Positions 1-10,754 of a stretch of DNA of 64,000 bases are shown here, piece by piece. The stretch lies in assembly GCF_964204645.1 (NCBI RefSeq), contig NC_134028.1, positions 496,001 through 560,000 on the forward strand, in the 5' to 3' direction. This stretch comes from Tubulanus polymorphus. Its lineage: Eukaryota > Animalia > Nemertea. How positions within the stretch are numbered: position 1 is the first letter of the stretch; each line of letters starts with the position of its first letter. The position numbers and the translations under genes were made by a program. The notes under the pieces are model-generated. The model saw only the letters and a list, made by a program, of their open reading frames with translations, had not been told where the DNA came from and did no database searches.

Positions 1-140
1 ACCCTGTACATCCTCCATTCAGTATCAGGACAACTTGGACCACTACTCAGTTCGAACCCGGGACACCCCTGTACAAAGACCACTCTGAACCAGTATCAGT
101 AATTACTTGGTTCGAACGCGGGACACCCCGTACCCATTAT
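1..140. repeat. B-box-bearing 60-80 bp satellite (end of cluster; full clusters at 10755-11480 and 22895-23460)
   Basis: Repeated 'ggttcgaacccgggacacccctgtacatcctccattcagcatcaggac' units. Confidence 0.8.
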
Positions 141-819
141 GACGCGATTAGAAACGTGTTCGATGGTCGTCCTCATTCAGAAGATGAATTTAATTGTGAA
201 ACATGGTCATATCCAGGAATAGTTAAACCCGGCCATCAATGTCTCGACTAAAACCGCGTGTCTATAACGATATTTGTACTGTTAATCGTCGTATTCATCA
301 TCTTCTTTACGATAACCTACAACGATACGATTTCAAAATGTGTTCTACCCGTACTCGAAGTAGGCCTAACTACCAATTTCACGTTGTTTGGAGCCATTTT
401 AGGACAGTGTAACTTCAACCTAGAGCGATTTCACCCACCCCGAGTGCTACTTGATAAAAGTTCCTGTGTATCAAGTTTAATCGTAATCGGTCCATTGGGT
501 CAAGAGATATAGACATTTATCCAAAGCGACACCTATGGAAAAGAGTGGAAATTGTTGCATACCAACCTTAAAGTAGATATTGTGGTTTTTATATATATTG
601 AATAATGTCACCAACTCTTTCATTCATTCAGAAATAAAATACTGTATTGAGCGAAGTATCTTTTAAATAAAGTGGCTTCTAAGGATGAAGCAAATATTTG
701 TGTTCAAAATATATAAGTTAGTATAGAATCTATTGACCAAAAAATAACCTGAGTCAAACAGATGATCATCGTACTACAAATACCTCGCTGGGCCAAAAAT
801 TAGCCCCAACCTGAGGCAC

Positions 820-923
820 TAACCCTAACCCTAGATCGACCGTAACCCTAACCCTAGCAGGACTCGAACCTGCGAACTCCAGCATGCCAGCAGAGCACGC
901 GAACCACTAGACCACAGAGTTCT
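820..923 (-). mobile_element. tRNA-derived (SINE-head-like) element followed by TTAGGG-like repeats; copies at 12178-12274 and 24842-24945
   Basis: Minus strand reads A box TGGTCTAGTGG, B box/T-arm GCAGG-TTCGAGT-CCTGC, then TAGGGTTAGGGTTA...TAGGGTTAGGGTTAG. The cloverleaf is imperfect (acceptor mismatches, irregular anticodon arm around GGC), so it is not called a tRNA. Confidence 0.65.
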
Positions 924-966
924 GATGGCTGACCAAGTTTGTGAATGCGTGTGGTCAGTGTGGTAC

Positions 967-1193
967 AAGGCCAACACTAGGGTTACTGCGTTTATTAAAC
1001 AGGCCAACACTAGGGTTTCTGCGTTTATTAAACAGGCCAACACTAGGGTTTCTGCGTTTATTAAACAGGCCAACACTAGGGTTCCTGCGTTTATTAAACA
1101 GGCCAACACTAGGGATTCTGCGTTTTTTAAACAGGCCAACACTAGGGTTTCTGCGTTTATTCACCCAGGCCAACACTAGCATTTCTGCGTTTA
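967..1193. repeat. 33-bp minisatellite, ~7 units
   Basis: Unit aaacaggccaacactagggtt(a/t)ctgcgtttatt; source of the KQANTRVSAFI and LVLACLINAET repeat ORFs. Confidence 0.95.
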
Positions 1194-2174
1194 TCCGATT
1201 TTTGGTCTAATCCGGATAATATTTACAGTCAATTTAATCATTAATATACACGAAAATGACTTTTAATCCGGATTTGCCGTAAAACGGATGAATTTTGTTG
1301 GTCCCAATGATCGGAATTAGGGAGATTCTATCATACCATTTACTCTCCTTATATAAAGCTCTAATGTTGGTAGAGTTATTAATTTCTAACAAACTAGTGT
1401 TGAGTGATGAATGAAATTTGACTTAAGAAAAATCTGTATTCCTCACATGCCGCAGTAAAATAGCAACACTGCATCAAATTACAACCGTTCAGTGCTGCCC
1501 CTATAAATAACGATAACGGAATTTCTGTGAACTAAAGTGGTAATTCCCGAAACCTCGAAACGAATGATTAGATTGGTAAAGAGCGTGGTTTTCATTAGAA
1601 TAAATTCTTTGAATATTGCGTAGAATATAAAACCTAATCTAATCGAAAAGAAGCCGAGACCTGCAATAGACTGGTTGCCATTTCTACCTGCGAATACAGG
1701 TGGCGGTGACCAGTCTAGCGGCGGGAATCCCAATCTGAGGTACACTATGACGCAATATCAAAATGGCGTGCTTTACCATAACACGAAATTTAGCAAAAAC
1801 CTCACCTAAACATTGCCACCCTCCTTCCCGACCCCTGAAATCAGTATTTCAATATTTGGTAAGTGTTTGTAACATTGGTTTAAATGGCGAAAAATATTCC
1901 ATCTCAGATATTGTGGGAAATCAAATTATTTCAGAGGTACATCCTACAAACGGTGCACTTGTGGACTGGTGGCGCTCAGTCGAGCATATCGACGTCATTC
2001 CATCCTGATATATCTAGACCACGATGGGCTTCACCTCGCTGTTTTGTGATGAATTTGTTCTAAAATGATTCCATCGACTGATTACATCAAACAGTGAAAA
2101 CAGTGTAAGTTTATTTCATCTGACGCTTAACCTATAGGCCTATTAATCGCAGTCCAAACATGTGGGACACCAAC

Positions 2175-2512
2175 ATCCTCCCATGGGAGGGATTTGAACC
2201 TGATGACATCGCTTGCTACACTCAGCCACGGCACGAACCCCTGCCACACTAGACCGGGTGCGCAGGTACATGCGCAGCTTTACCGCGCGAAATCTTGCGG
2301 CACCAAACAGATTGCTCGTTAATCGCTGAGGTAAATTTCACGGAAGAACTATAAATGGGTAAACCCGGGCTAAAATAAAACTGAATTTCTGATTGGCTAT
2401 TAATGACATTATCTAAGCTGCGCGTGTAGCTGCTGCGCACTCGGTCTAGTGTGGCAGGGTTTCGTACCGTGGCAATCTGGATGCCATCAGGTTCGAGTCC
2501 CTGCCGCGGGAG
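2175..2512. mobile_element. Divergent inverted pair of tRNA-like (A/B box) elements, foldback structure; copy at ~13523-13822
   Basis: Left arm ~2175-2280 (minus) and right arm ~2415-2512 (plus) both read ...tgcgcac(c/t)cggtctagtgtggcaggg(g/t)ttcgt(g/a)ccgtggc...catcaggttc(aaa/gag)tccct...gggagga. Confidence 0.7.
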
Positions 2513-2829
2513 GATTGATGCCTCTACCTGCCTCCATTCGTCTGTGATATCGATGATGATGATCTTCATCGGTTTCAGAAACAGATAATATTTAAACTGT
2601 TCGTTTTTTCATTACTTTCTTGTTTATATTTCATGTTGAACTCTAGATGCAAAACCTAAACTGTGGATAGAAAAACCCCGTGAATAAACGAACTGCAGAT
2701 TGGAGTGAACAATCTAATTTGTAAGTTTGAATTTTAGATTTGATATTTCTGCAGTTATTTCTAAGGAAAGAAAACAATCTTAGATTTGTCTATTATAGGT
2801 ATCACTTCAACGTGTTCAACGGGAATTTT

Positions 2830-3050
2830 GATTCAGCACAGGAAAACAAGAATCACTCTTAGATTCAGCACAGGACAACAAGGAATCAGTGTTTCACAAT
2901 CAGACTTTTTTGGTTTCGCGCCGGACATCGGGAATCATTCTTGGATTCAGCACAGGACAACAAGGAATCAGTGTTTTACAACCAGACTTTTTTGGATTTA
3001 GCACAGAACATCGGGAATCACTCTTGGATTCAGCATGACATCAGGAATCA
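2830..3050. repeat. Degenerate tandem repeat (gattcagcacaggacaacaaggaatca core); shorter version at ~14780-14920
   Basis: Core recurs at ~2830, 2862, 2944, 2995 and 3027. Confidence 0.8.
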
Positions 3051-3607
3051 CTATAGCCTATGTGGAAATTCAAGATAAGTAACATTTTAATCTTTATTTA
3101 TCGGTTGTTGAATTGATTTTAAGGGACCAATTTTATATCGTTTGTTATAAACCATGTTTTGAAATGAAATCTCAGAAACCTGTTGCATTTATTCAATCAT
3201 TTCAAATTTCTTTTGATGAATATTTGGCTATAATCAGTTCATGGTTGGGATTGTTATTTCTGTAAGCGGGTTTACAGGTTTTCTAAATTGCGATCAACTC
3301 AAATGTTATTTCTAATCAATATGAAACTGGTTCCTGATGTCAATAATACAACTGTTATCAATCATGTTCCTTCGTGATAATCAGATCATGTGTATCTTGA
3401 GAGTTAGAATTTCTGTAGATTAAACTGCTGTACTTATTTCATACTGATTGTACAGTTACAGATACATGTAACATTGTGTACAGATACAGAGTACAGATCA
3501 CTGCATTACTTCATCCTGTGATTGAACAGTGATTTAATGTTCTCTCATCTTCATTAGATTCCCATCCATCTAACTAAAACATCAGAACATTGAACTCGCC
3601 TAACCAC

Positions 3608-4155
3608 AGGGTTTAGGGAGGGTGGGAGGGTTGGGGTGGGGGACGGTGGGAGGGAAGGGGTCTGGGAGGGAGGGTGGGAGGGAAGGGGTGAGAGGGCGGG
3701 AGGGATGTAGGGGTGAGGGAGGGCGGGAGGGAAGGGGTTCGGGACGGTGGGAGGGTTGGGGGACGTAAGGGGTGAGGGAGGGCGGGAGGGAAGGGGTCTG
3801 GGAGGGAGGGTGGGAGGGAAGGGGTGAGAGAGGGCGGGAGGGATGGGGTGAGGGAGGGCGGGAGGAAAGGGGTCAGTGAGGGCGGGAGGGAAGGGGTCCG
3901 GGAGGGTGGGAAGGGGTGAGAGAGGGCGGGAGGGATGGGGTGAGGGAGGGCGAGAGGGATGGGGTGAGGGAGGGCGGGATGGAAGGGGTCCGGGAGGGTG
4001 GCAGGGATGGGGTTTAGGAGGGTGGGAGGGATGGGGTTTGGGAGGGTGGGAGGGATGAAAGGGGTGGTGGTAGGACTTGGGAGGATGGGAGAGATGTAGG
4101 GGTGGTGTTAGGACTTTGGAGGGAGGGATATAGGGTGGGGCTTTAGGGTTTAGGT
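3608..4155 (+). repeat. G-rich low-complexity tract (G-quadruplex potential); copy 15478-15760
   Basis: Dense GGG runs (gggagggcgggagggaagggg...). Confidence 0.9.
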
Positions 4156-4254
4156 ACAGGTACAGGTGGTTTAGTCGTAGTCTTAGCCTTGAAGTTCAGG
4201 ATATTTCAGAAAATGTGTCCCATTTTTTTATTATTCTGCAGTGTTTTCAATAAG

Positions 4255-4373
4255 AGCCAGGTCCCAGACCCATCTGTCGTTTGTAAAGGACCCGCCTGTT
4301 ACTTCAAACAAGCTTTCGTTTCAGGGACTGTGACATATTATGGGACCCTCCTGTTTTTCAAAGGGACCTGGCT
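4255..4373. mobile_element. Small MITE-like element with 11-bp terminal inverted repeat
   Basis: agccaggtccc ... gggacctggct; no clear TSD. Confidence 0.4.
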
Positions 4374-4499
4374 TGCTAATTTCTTATTGAAAACACTGTT
4401 CTAAGAAAGGATTAATCATTATGAAACATGTCTTGTGGCCGCAACTTGTGTGACTGCAACTTGTCATGTTACAGTAAGCTGTATAAGCATCGGCCAATC

Positions 4500-4562
4500 G
4501 GACTCGTTCTATTTTACTGGTTGTTATTTCTATGAGACCCGGGTTTGATCCCCGGTGAGTGC
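4500..4562 (+). mobile_element. Degenerate tRNA-like/SINE fragment (T-arm, B-box-like)
   Basis: ccggg-tttgatc-cccgg T-arm hairpin, partial acceptor pairing ggactcg/tgagtgc; no A box. Confidence 0.4.
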
Positions 4563-5580
4563 GCACGTTATTTCACTGTCACTTCTCTCAATCGTTATGA
4601 GATAATTGCCCCCAGATTTCTGAATTTGGGGTTTACTGATACATTTCCAGCTGAAAGATGTATTTTCTTCTGTGCTATTTTAGAAACGGCTGTAAATACT
4701 GGTTCTAAAATGAAGAACTGTATAGGACGACTTAGAAAATTGTTGACGAGAGTCGAGATGCAGTCACATTCATTGCTGCCTCCTCTTTTTTCTGCAGATT
4801 CTTAGACAGAGACCTACTCTTCATTTTTGGAAGAAGAGTATAGAACTCATTAGAATAAGTGATATGTTTTGTAATCACTTTTATTGACACACTTCTTCAT
4901 TTGCCTTCATGGCACAGTATATCACTATTCATAGATATCCTAAATAATTAGTTATCCTTTTCAAAAAGATGGGACATATTTTCTGAAATAAACTGTAAAA
5001 TTTTTAGGTGGGACAAAGATTGACACGGAGAGACTATTATTCTATTATTATATTCATTTTAGAATAGGATAATATTCTATTTCTACCTGTGACTTATAAT
5101 TCTATTCTAGACAGAATTTAAGGGGCTGCGAACTAATTATACTTCTATCAGGAAATATTTTACTGAATTTAAAAGCCATAAAAACAAATGATATTCAACC
5201 AGATGTAGTTTTTACAGTTAGGCTACGGCAATCTTCCTACTACAATGAGACTCTGATAAAGCGTGGGGGAGGTGTATCTAGTGTATTTTGCCATTTTTCA
5301 CGATCATATCAGTTTATGAAAGTTATTTCATCCTCCGCTGTTATTTAAAACATTATCAGTGCTCGATCAATTTGTCAGTTTATAGCTTTTAGACTTCGAT
5401 CAATGCATCATTTTCCGATAGACTCAAATTAGTCAGAATTATTTCGGATTTTATCAATTAGTACAAGATTTTGAGCCCATTCAGTGTGAACATAATTCTT
5501 CACTTTATTCTAGTGATGAGTGTTTAGTCCAATTCCCCTATTCAACATATGCAACGCTCATGAGCTATATTTACCCTCCG

Positions 5581-5715
5581 TGGTCACCAAATCAGAACCA
5601 TAGACCAAACTTTGACACTTTGGTCACCAAAACAGGGCTATGAACCAAACTTTTGACTCTTTGGTCACCAAACCTGGGCTATGAACCAAACTTTGACGCT
5701 TAGGTCACTAAACCA
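5581..5715. repeat. 40-bp minisatellite, ~3.4 units (~8 units at 17333-17666)
   Basis: Unit tggtcaccaaaacagggctatgaaccaaactttgactctt and variants. Confidence 0.9.
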
Positions 5716-6939
5716 AGGCCATTAATGAAAGATTTAACATTTTTTAAAGTTATTTCTGTTGCCTTCATGACTCAATATTTGAGAATGGAACAAATGACGT
5801 AGTTAATGAAAGATTCATCTGTATCAGTGTTGCTGCTGGTGCAACTAACACAACCTTTTGCTGTTTGTCTCTAAAAGATTAAACTTGATCCCAGTCGGAA
5901 CTGATGAGAATTTTAGTGAGACGACAAATAAGGAAAAGCCATATGAAAAAATGTAAAGCGAATGCGTGAATAAAATAAAACAGCATGAAATGCTGATATA
6001 AAGAGTGGGGTCCGAGAGCAATTCGAAGGTTTAGTGTCCTGCACGCTTAGCGAGCGGGCAGGGGTCTTTTCCTACCTCGACTCAAGTGCTAAAAGTCAGA
6101 GAAAAGAGTAAAAACGAAAAATGGCAAATGAAGGAAAAATGGCTGGAGTTCGTTCCACTGGGTTTAAGTGTTAACTTGAAAAGACAATCAAACAGATTAT
6201 TTAATGACGTATATATTTTGCATCAGCAGTTTAAAAACATTGATTAATAACTTTTATGAATAGGATTCCATAAACTACTTGCTTATATGAAACCTCTAGT
6301 AGAGAGTATTGAAATAGTCCACAATGGTTTCATTTAGTGACGTCATGTTGAATTGGTGAAGCAACATCAATAGCATTAATTGTTTTGATCTCAGCCATCA
6401 TTCTTGTCCTTGGTTTGTGTTTGCCTTTCTCACGACATTTTGTGAGTGTGGAGGTTTGGTTCGGGCTTATTCTTTGGTTCGGGTGAACCCTCCATATACG
6501 TCCCCCTACCTTACAACATTAAGTTCCTCGGGTTTGGTTTGATGTTTTGTAGATGAAACCTCTACAACTCAAACTCGCATCATTTGATGAAATGAAATCT
6601 GTTTACAGACGACTGCTGCAACTTGTCGTGAAACTGAGATATATTGTGAATACTTATTAGAGGGAGTAGAAATAATAGGAATAATTTGATGAAATTGATA
6701 AAGAAATCATCTGTAAAAATGAAGCCATGTGATTTTCAAGACCAACCCAGGCATATGATCATTTGAGGTCATCTGAATGCCTCCAAAATGTGTAGAGAAA
6801 GTATCTGTGAGTCCCATCAATGATGCAATTGATTAAGGATTTTGATTTATAAATGAAATTGATATGATCATGAAAAATGGCAAATCGTTTAGTAGTTTTT
6901 GTACAGATGTGTGGTGTGTGAAGAGGAGACAAGAGAGTT

Positions 6940-7170
6940 GAGGAGGCATTGAGGGAGGGCTAGGTGGGAGGGCATTGAGGGAGGGCCAGGTGGGAGGGCA
7001 TTGAGGGAGGGCCAGGGTATAAGCGGGAGGGAAGGGGTCGGGGAGGGCCGGAGGGAGGGAAGGAGGCGGGAGGGAAGGGGCGAGGGAGGGTGGGAGGGAA
7101 GGGGTCGGGAGGCAGGATTGAAGGGGTATGGGAGGGTGGGGGTCTGGGAGGGTTGGGTCGGGAGGTTAGA
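6940..7170 (+). repeat. G-rich low-complexity tract; copy 19120-19310
   Basis: Dense GGG runs on the + strand. Confidence 0.9.
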
Positions 7171-7449
7171 AGAGTTGAAATGTTCTGATGTTTTAGTTAG
7201 ACGGATGGGAATCTAATGAAGATGAGAGAACATTAAATCACTGTTCAATCACGGGATGAAGTAATGCAGTGATCTGTTCTCTGTATCTGTACACAATGTT
7301 ACATGTATCTGTAACTGTACAATCAGTATGAAATAAGTACAGCAGTTTAATCCACAGAAATCCTGTACTGTTTCTGTCTGATTGATTGATAATTTGAGAT
7401 GTTACATTCTGCTCTATTGTCACTGATTATTGTTTCTTTTTCTTTTCAG

Positions 7450-9972
7450 AATGAAATGAATGCAATAGAATTTACTATTTAAACAGGCTCATTTAAAGGT
7501 AAGTACAAAACTGGTAATGAATTTCTCCACAGAATGCTTCACAGTCTCTGTTGATATTTTGAATTATTTTTGAACTAAAAATTACTGTTTTACTCTCAGT
7601 TACAGGATGAGATACACACCGCAGCAGCAGCAGCAACAGCAGCACTAGCAGTACCTGCAGTGCCAGCACCATGCAGCAACAGCGCCACCAGCAGCAGCCG
7701 ATAAAACCTGTTTGGAAATTCATTATTTTTAGAGAACTGTTCTATATAAATTATTCGATCTGTTCATGTTTCCAGCATTCAACCACTCAAAGATCAAGGC
7801 TTAGTTTAATTTGGTGTGAAACTGCTCTTATTTCATAACAGCTTCACTGAAAATTTCTAAAATTTGTATTTAGGAGCTGAAATAACTGGAACCCTTGATA
7901 GAATCTGTGAACAGTAAACATTGGGAATTCACTTCACATTTGTTTAAGATGGACATCGCTTTAAGTCCTCAAAACAAATACAGTACCGGTTAATATCTCT
8001 ACAGATTCTAGTCTCTGTTTGACTGTACATTTATAAACTCATTTCCTGATTTGAAGCTACATTAATCAGTGAAGGCGAATTTTCAATCACTTCTATTCTG
8101 GTCAAAGTTCGAATCATCAAAATCATACAACTTTTGTATTTTAGGGTCCAAAATAAAGCTGAACTTGCAGTTAACATTGCGCTCTACAAATCAATCAAGT
8201 CAGAAGCGGTGAGTTTTATATCGATTTATTGCAGTAATTTGTGGTGATCTTCAAATCAAGTCCAGAAAATGATGTTTTGATCGGTCAATGTTGGCAGGTA
8301 TCAACGTTTTACTTGAGGACGCAGTCTAAAGCTACCATCAAACCTCTCAGAAATCTGCATATACTCGACACATTGTGATGAACTACTCATTAACCTGGTA
8401 GGTTTTCTGTCATCGAACACAAACAAGTTGCAGTTTCTATCTATTTCATTAAGCATTTTCTGGCATAATTTTCTTTTTCCAGAATGCAATACGCCCAACA
8501 CTTTTTGGAACTGGAGAAATTAAAAATATTCACCTTCAAAGAGTAAAGAAGCTCTAGTTGCTGAAGCTGCTGCTATCGTTTTAAGAATTTATTTGCTCAG
8601 AAAATCATCAGTTCTCTTAACTTCATGACATTATGACTGTTGGAAGTGAAATCCTGCTAGATGGCACTGAACTTATCTGATATGAGTTTAGAAATGGTGA
8701 GTATTTCATCACTCCACTGTGCTCTAATTTCATAATATTCTAACATTTAATTATTCTGTACAGAATTTGTATGTGTGATTCTTGATTCTGCTAAACACAA
8801 GTTTGAAAATGATTGATTTTCTAATAGAATTTAGCCCCAATTTCAGACTGCTATAAATACATTACTTAGTATTTTCATAATATAATGATTTTTTGCAGCA
8901 TGAAATTTGTCCAATAGAACAGTTTGAAAAGTGATCAAAGATTGAATAATGGTGTTGAATTATCTTGAATTATAAGGTAATTATAAATTCTAGTTACCGA
9001 ATTATGTCATGAAAACAATTCCCACTTAACTGTTAATTCAATTGAACATTTTCTATGTAATAATTGCTGACGCAAGTTTTCTCTATTCTAGGACGAAGTT
9101 GGGATCGGGACCAATTTGCCATTTGACAGGGACAGGAACCAGCCATCTACCTGGAGATTGATATGCTGCCACTTATTTCAGATCTGCAATTTTTAAGTTT
9201 AAAGCCAAATGAATATTGTTCACCTGTGCCGACCGGCATGGGCAGCCTACTGTTGTTCTGTTTGTGATGGTTTGATAGACTGTGTATCACATATCCATAA
9301 AAACAATCGAGTCATCCCCTGATTCGTCTCTCAAAGCTGTGGTGTCATTTGTGCTAATAGAATAATAGCCTGACTCGGGCATAGAATATATGATTTAAAC
9401 CCTGTTATATGCAAATTTAATAGGCAAAATTCATTTATCAAGAATCAGAATCAAAATAATAAAAGTATAATGAAGAAATAACTAGAACAACCTATACGAA
9501 CAAAATAACAAAACCTCTCGACCTTAGCACTGAACACTCGCTTTACTTTCCTAATTAACTTGTTTTTCCCTGTCTTAGTTATTCTTCAGACTTGATGATG
9601 GTCTCTACAGAGACTCCAAAATGTTGTCTCTTTTACTTCTATTAAGTTTCTATATAGTGGGTTTTAATGTTTTAGTGAAAATTGAAATTGAAGATTAAAT
9701 GTAGCTGTAAAGCAGCGATAACTGGTTTAATTTACAAATTCCATGTAACTGCATTAGTTTGTAATTGTTTGTACCCAACGACCCAGTTTTATTGGTCTGG
9801 TTTTGTAAAAAATTGTATGATACACATATTGTATAATGATGTAATATGGACATGTTTTGACAAGTCACTCAATCAATGAAATCATAAAGTTGAAATATCG
9901 ACAGGTTTTCTTTATTATGGGACTATAATAATTATTTCGTGTGAACTGTTGTTCTGTTTTATTTGAAATAAA
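7450..9972 (+). ncRNA. Putative spliced non-coding transcript inside the repeat unit (copy ~19591-22232)
   Basis: Polypyrimidine-AG / GT(A/G)AGT pairs define exons 7450-7498, 8145-8208 and 8601-8696; further acceptors at 8483 and 9092; AATAAA at 9967. No continuous ORF. Sites are retained in copy 2. Confidence 0.4.
9588..9629 (+). ncRNA. Decayed Penelope-type minimal hammerhead ribozyme motif (copy 21874-21915)
   Basis: AGAC-TTGATGA-T-GGTCTCT-ac-AGAGACT-CCAAAATGTT-GTCT: stem I AGAC/GTCT and stem II intact; CCAAAATGTT equals CCGAAACGTT after two CpG-type transitions. Confidence 0.5.
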
Positions 9973-10006
9973 GATGAATTATCTGTGTTGTTTTAGTTGT
10001 GATTAC

Positions 10007-10476
10007 AGACGCCAGCAGTTTCACACACACTCAGTGCGTCACACGTAAATCCCACGGGTTCAGTTTCATAGAAATAATTTATTCAAAAAACTTTACTCAA
10101 TTCGACTTTACCGCCTCAATGAATGAATATTTTTGAAGAAACTGGGCCTAGGGTAGAGTTTCACAAACCAATTGCGTTCAAACATTTTATTTTGAAGAAA
10201 ATATTAAATCCAAGTTGAAATTGATTCATCCTTTCTCTGTGAAACTGAACACTCGCTATTCAGTGTGCGAAACTGCGGCATCTAAATCTGATTGAAACCC
10301 GCATCATAAACCAAATCCTACCGCGGGTACAGTTTCACCGGATTAATTATCAAAGATCAACAAAAAAGAAAAACTGAGTTCAGGAAGCTCATCTGTTTTT
10401 GTTAGATTTGATCCAGATTAAATTTCTTCACAAATTCATTTAAAAAATGCATCGTTTTTTGTGAAACTGCGACCCC
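10007..10476. mobile_element. Nested/adjacent cluster of related MITEs (AGTTTCAC...GTGAAACT termini)
   Basis: Outer IR 10007/10283 (agacgccagcagtttcacacac / gtgtgcgaaactgcggcatct) encloses 10056-10148 and 10151-10250; a further element lies at 10325-10476. Also present at ~22267-22720. Confidence 0.6.
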
Positions 10477-10565
10477 TGGTGTCCATTTGAGGGATTCATT
10501 TATTCTTTCTTACCATAGTATGCGAGGGTTTCAATTCGATGGTCCAACTACTATTCTTAAAAGGG

Positions 10566-10674
10566 CAGGACCCAGTTCCACAGTTGTGAGTTAGAGTTAA
10601 CTCTGAGTTAAAGTTATTTCATTTTCAATGGGTTACCCCAGGGCCCAGACTCACAACTGTGGAACTGGGTCCTG
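10566..10674. mobile_element. 109-bp MITE with perfect 26-bp TIRs (PIF/Harbinger-like), present in copy 1 only
   Basis: caggacccagttccacagttgtgagt / actcacaactgtggaactgggtcctg; copy 2 has the empty site 'ggcaggtgcattac' at ~22811. Confidence 0.85.
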
Positions 10675-10754
10675 ATGTGTTACATGTCAATGAGGAATAC
10701 ATATAGATAAATGTTGCTGTAAGTCATGTGTGCGTTATTTAATCATTTTTCGTG

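Larger units (their letters stand above)
3409..7361. mobile_element. ~4 kb cassette bounded by ~185-bp inverted repeats (foldback-like; no transposase seen)
   Basis: 3409-~3597 is the reverse complement of ~7172-7361 (e.g. gattaaactgctgtacttatttcatactgattgtacag / ctgtacaatcagtatgaaataagtacagcagtttaatc). Copy 2 arms: 15275-15458 and 19319-19502. Confidence 0.75.

Noticed and set aside
855-923. Functional tRNA-Ala(GGC)
   Set aside because: Acceptor and anticodon stems are defective, and the copies differ at stem positions; treated as SINE-like.
831-1210. 11-aa repeat ORFs (also 24923-25625)
   Set aside because: By-products of a 33-bp VNTR, open in several frames and broken by indels.
2046-2122. 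Box C/D snoRNA (GTGATGA...CTGA...CTGA)
   Set aside because: No terminal stem, no convincing rRNA guide recognised, and the D box is mutated in copy 2.
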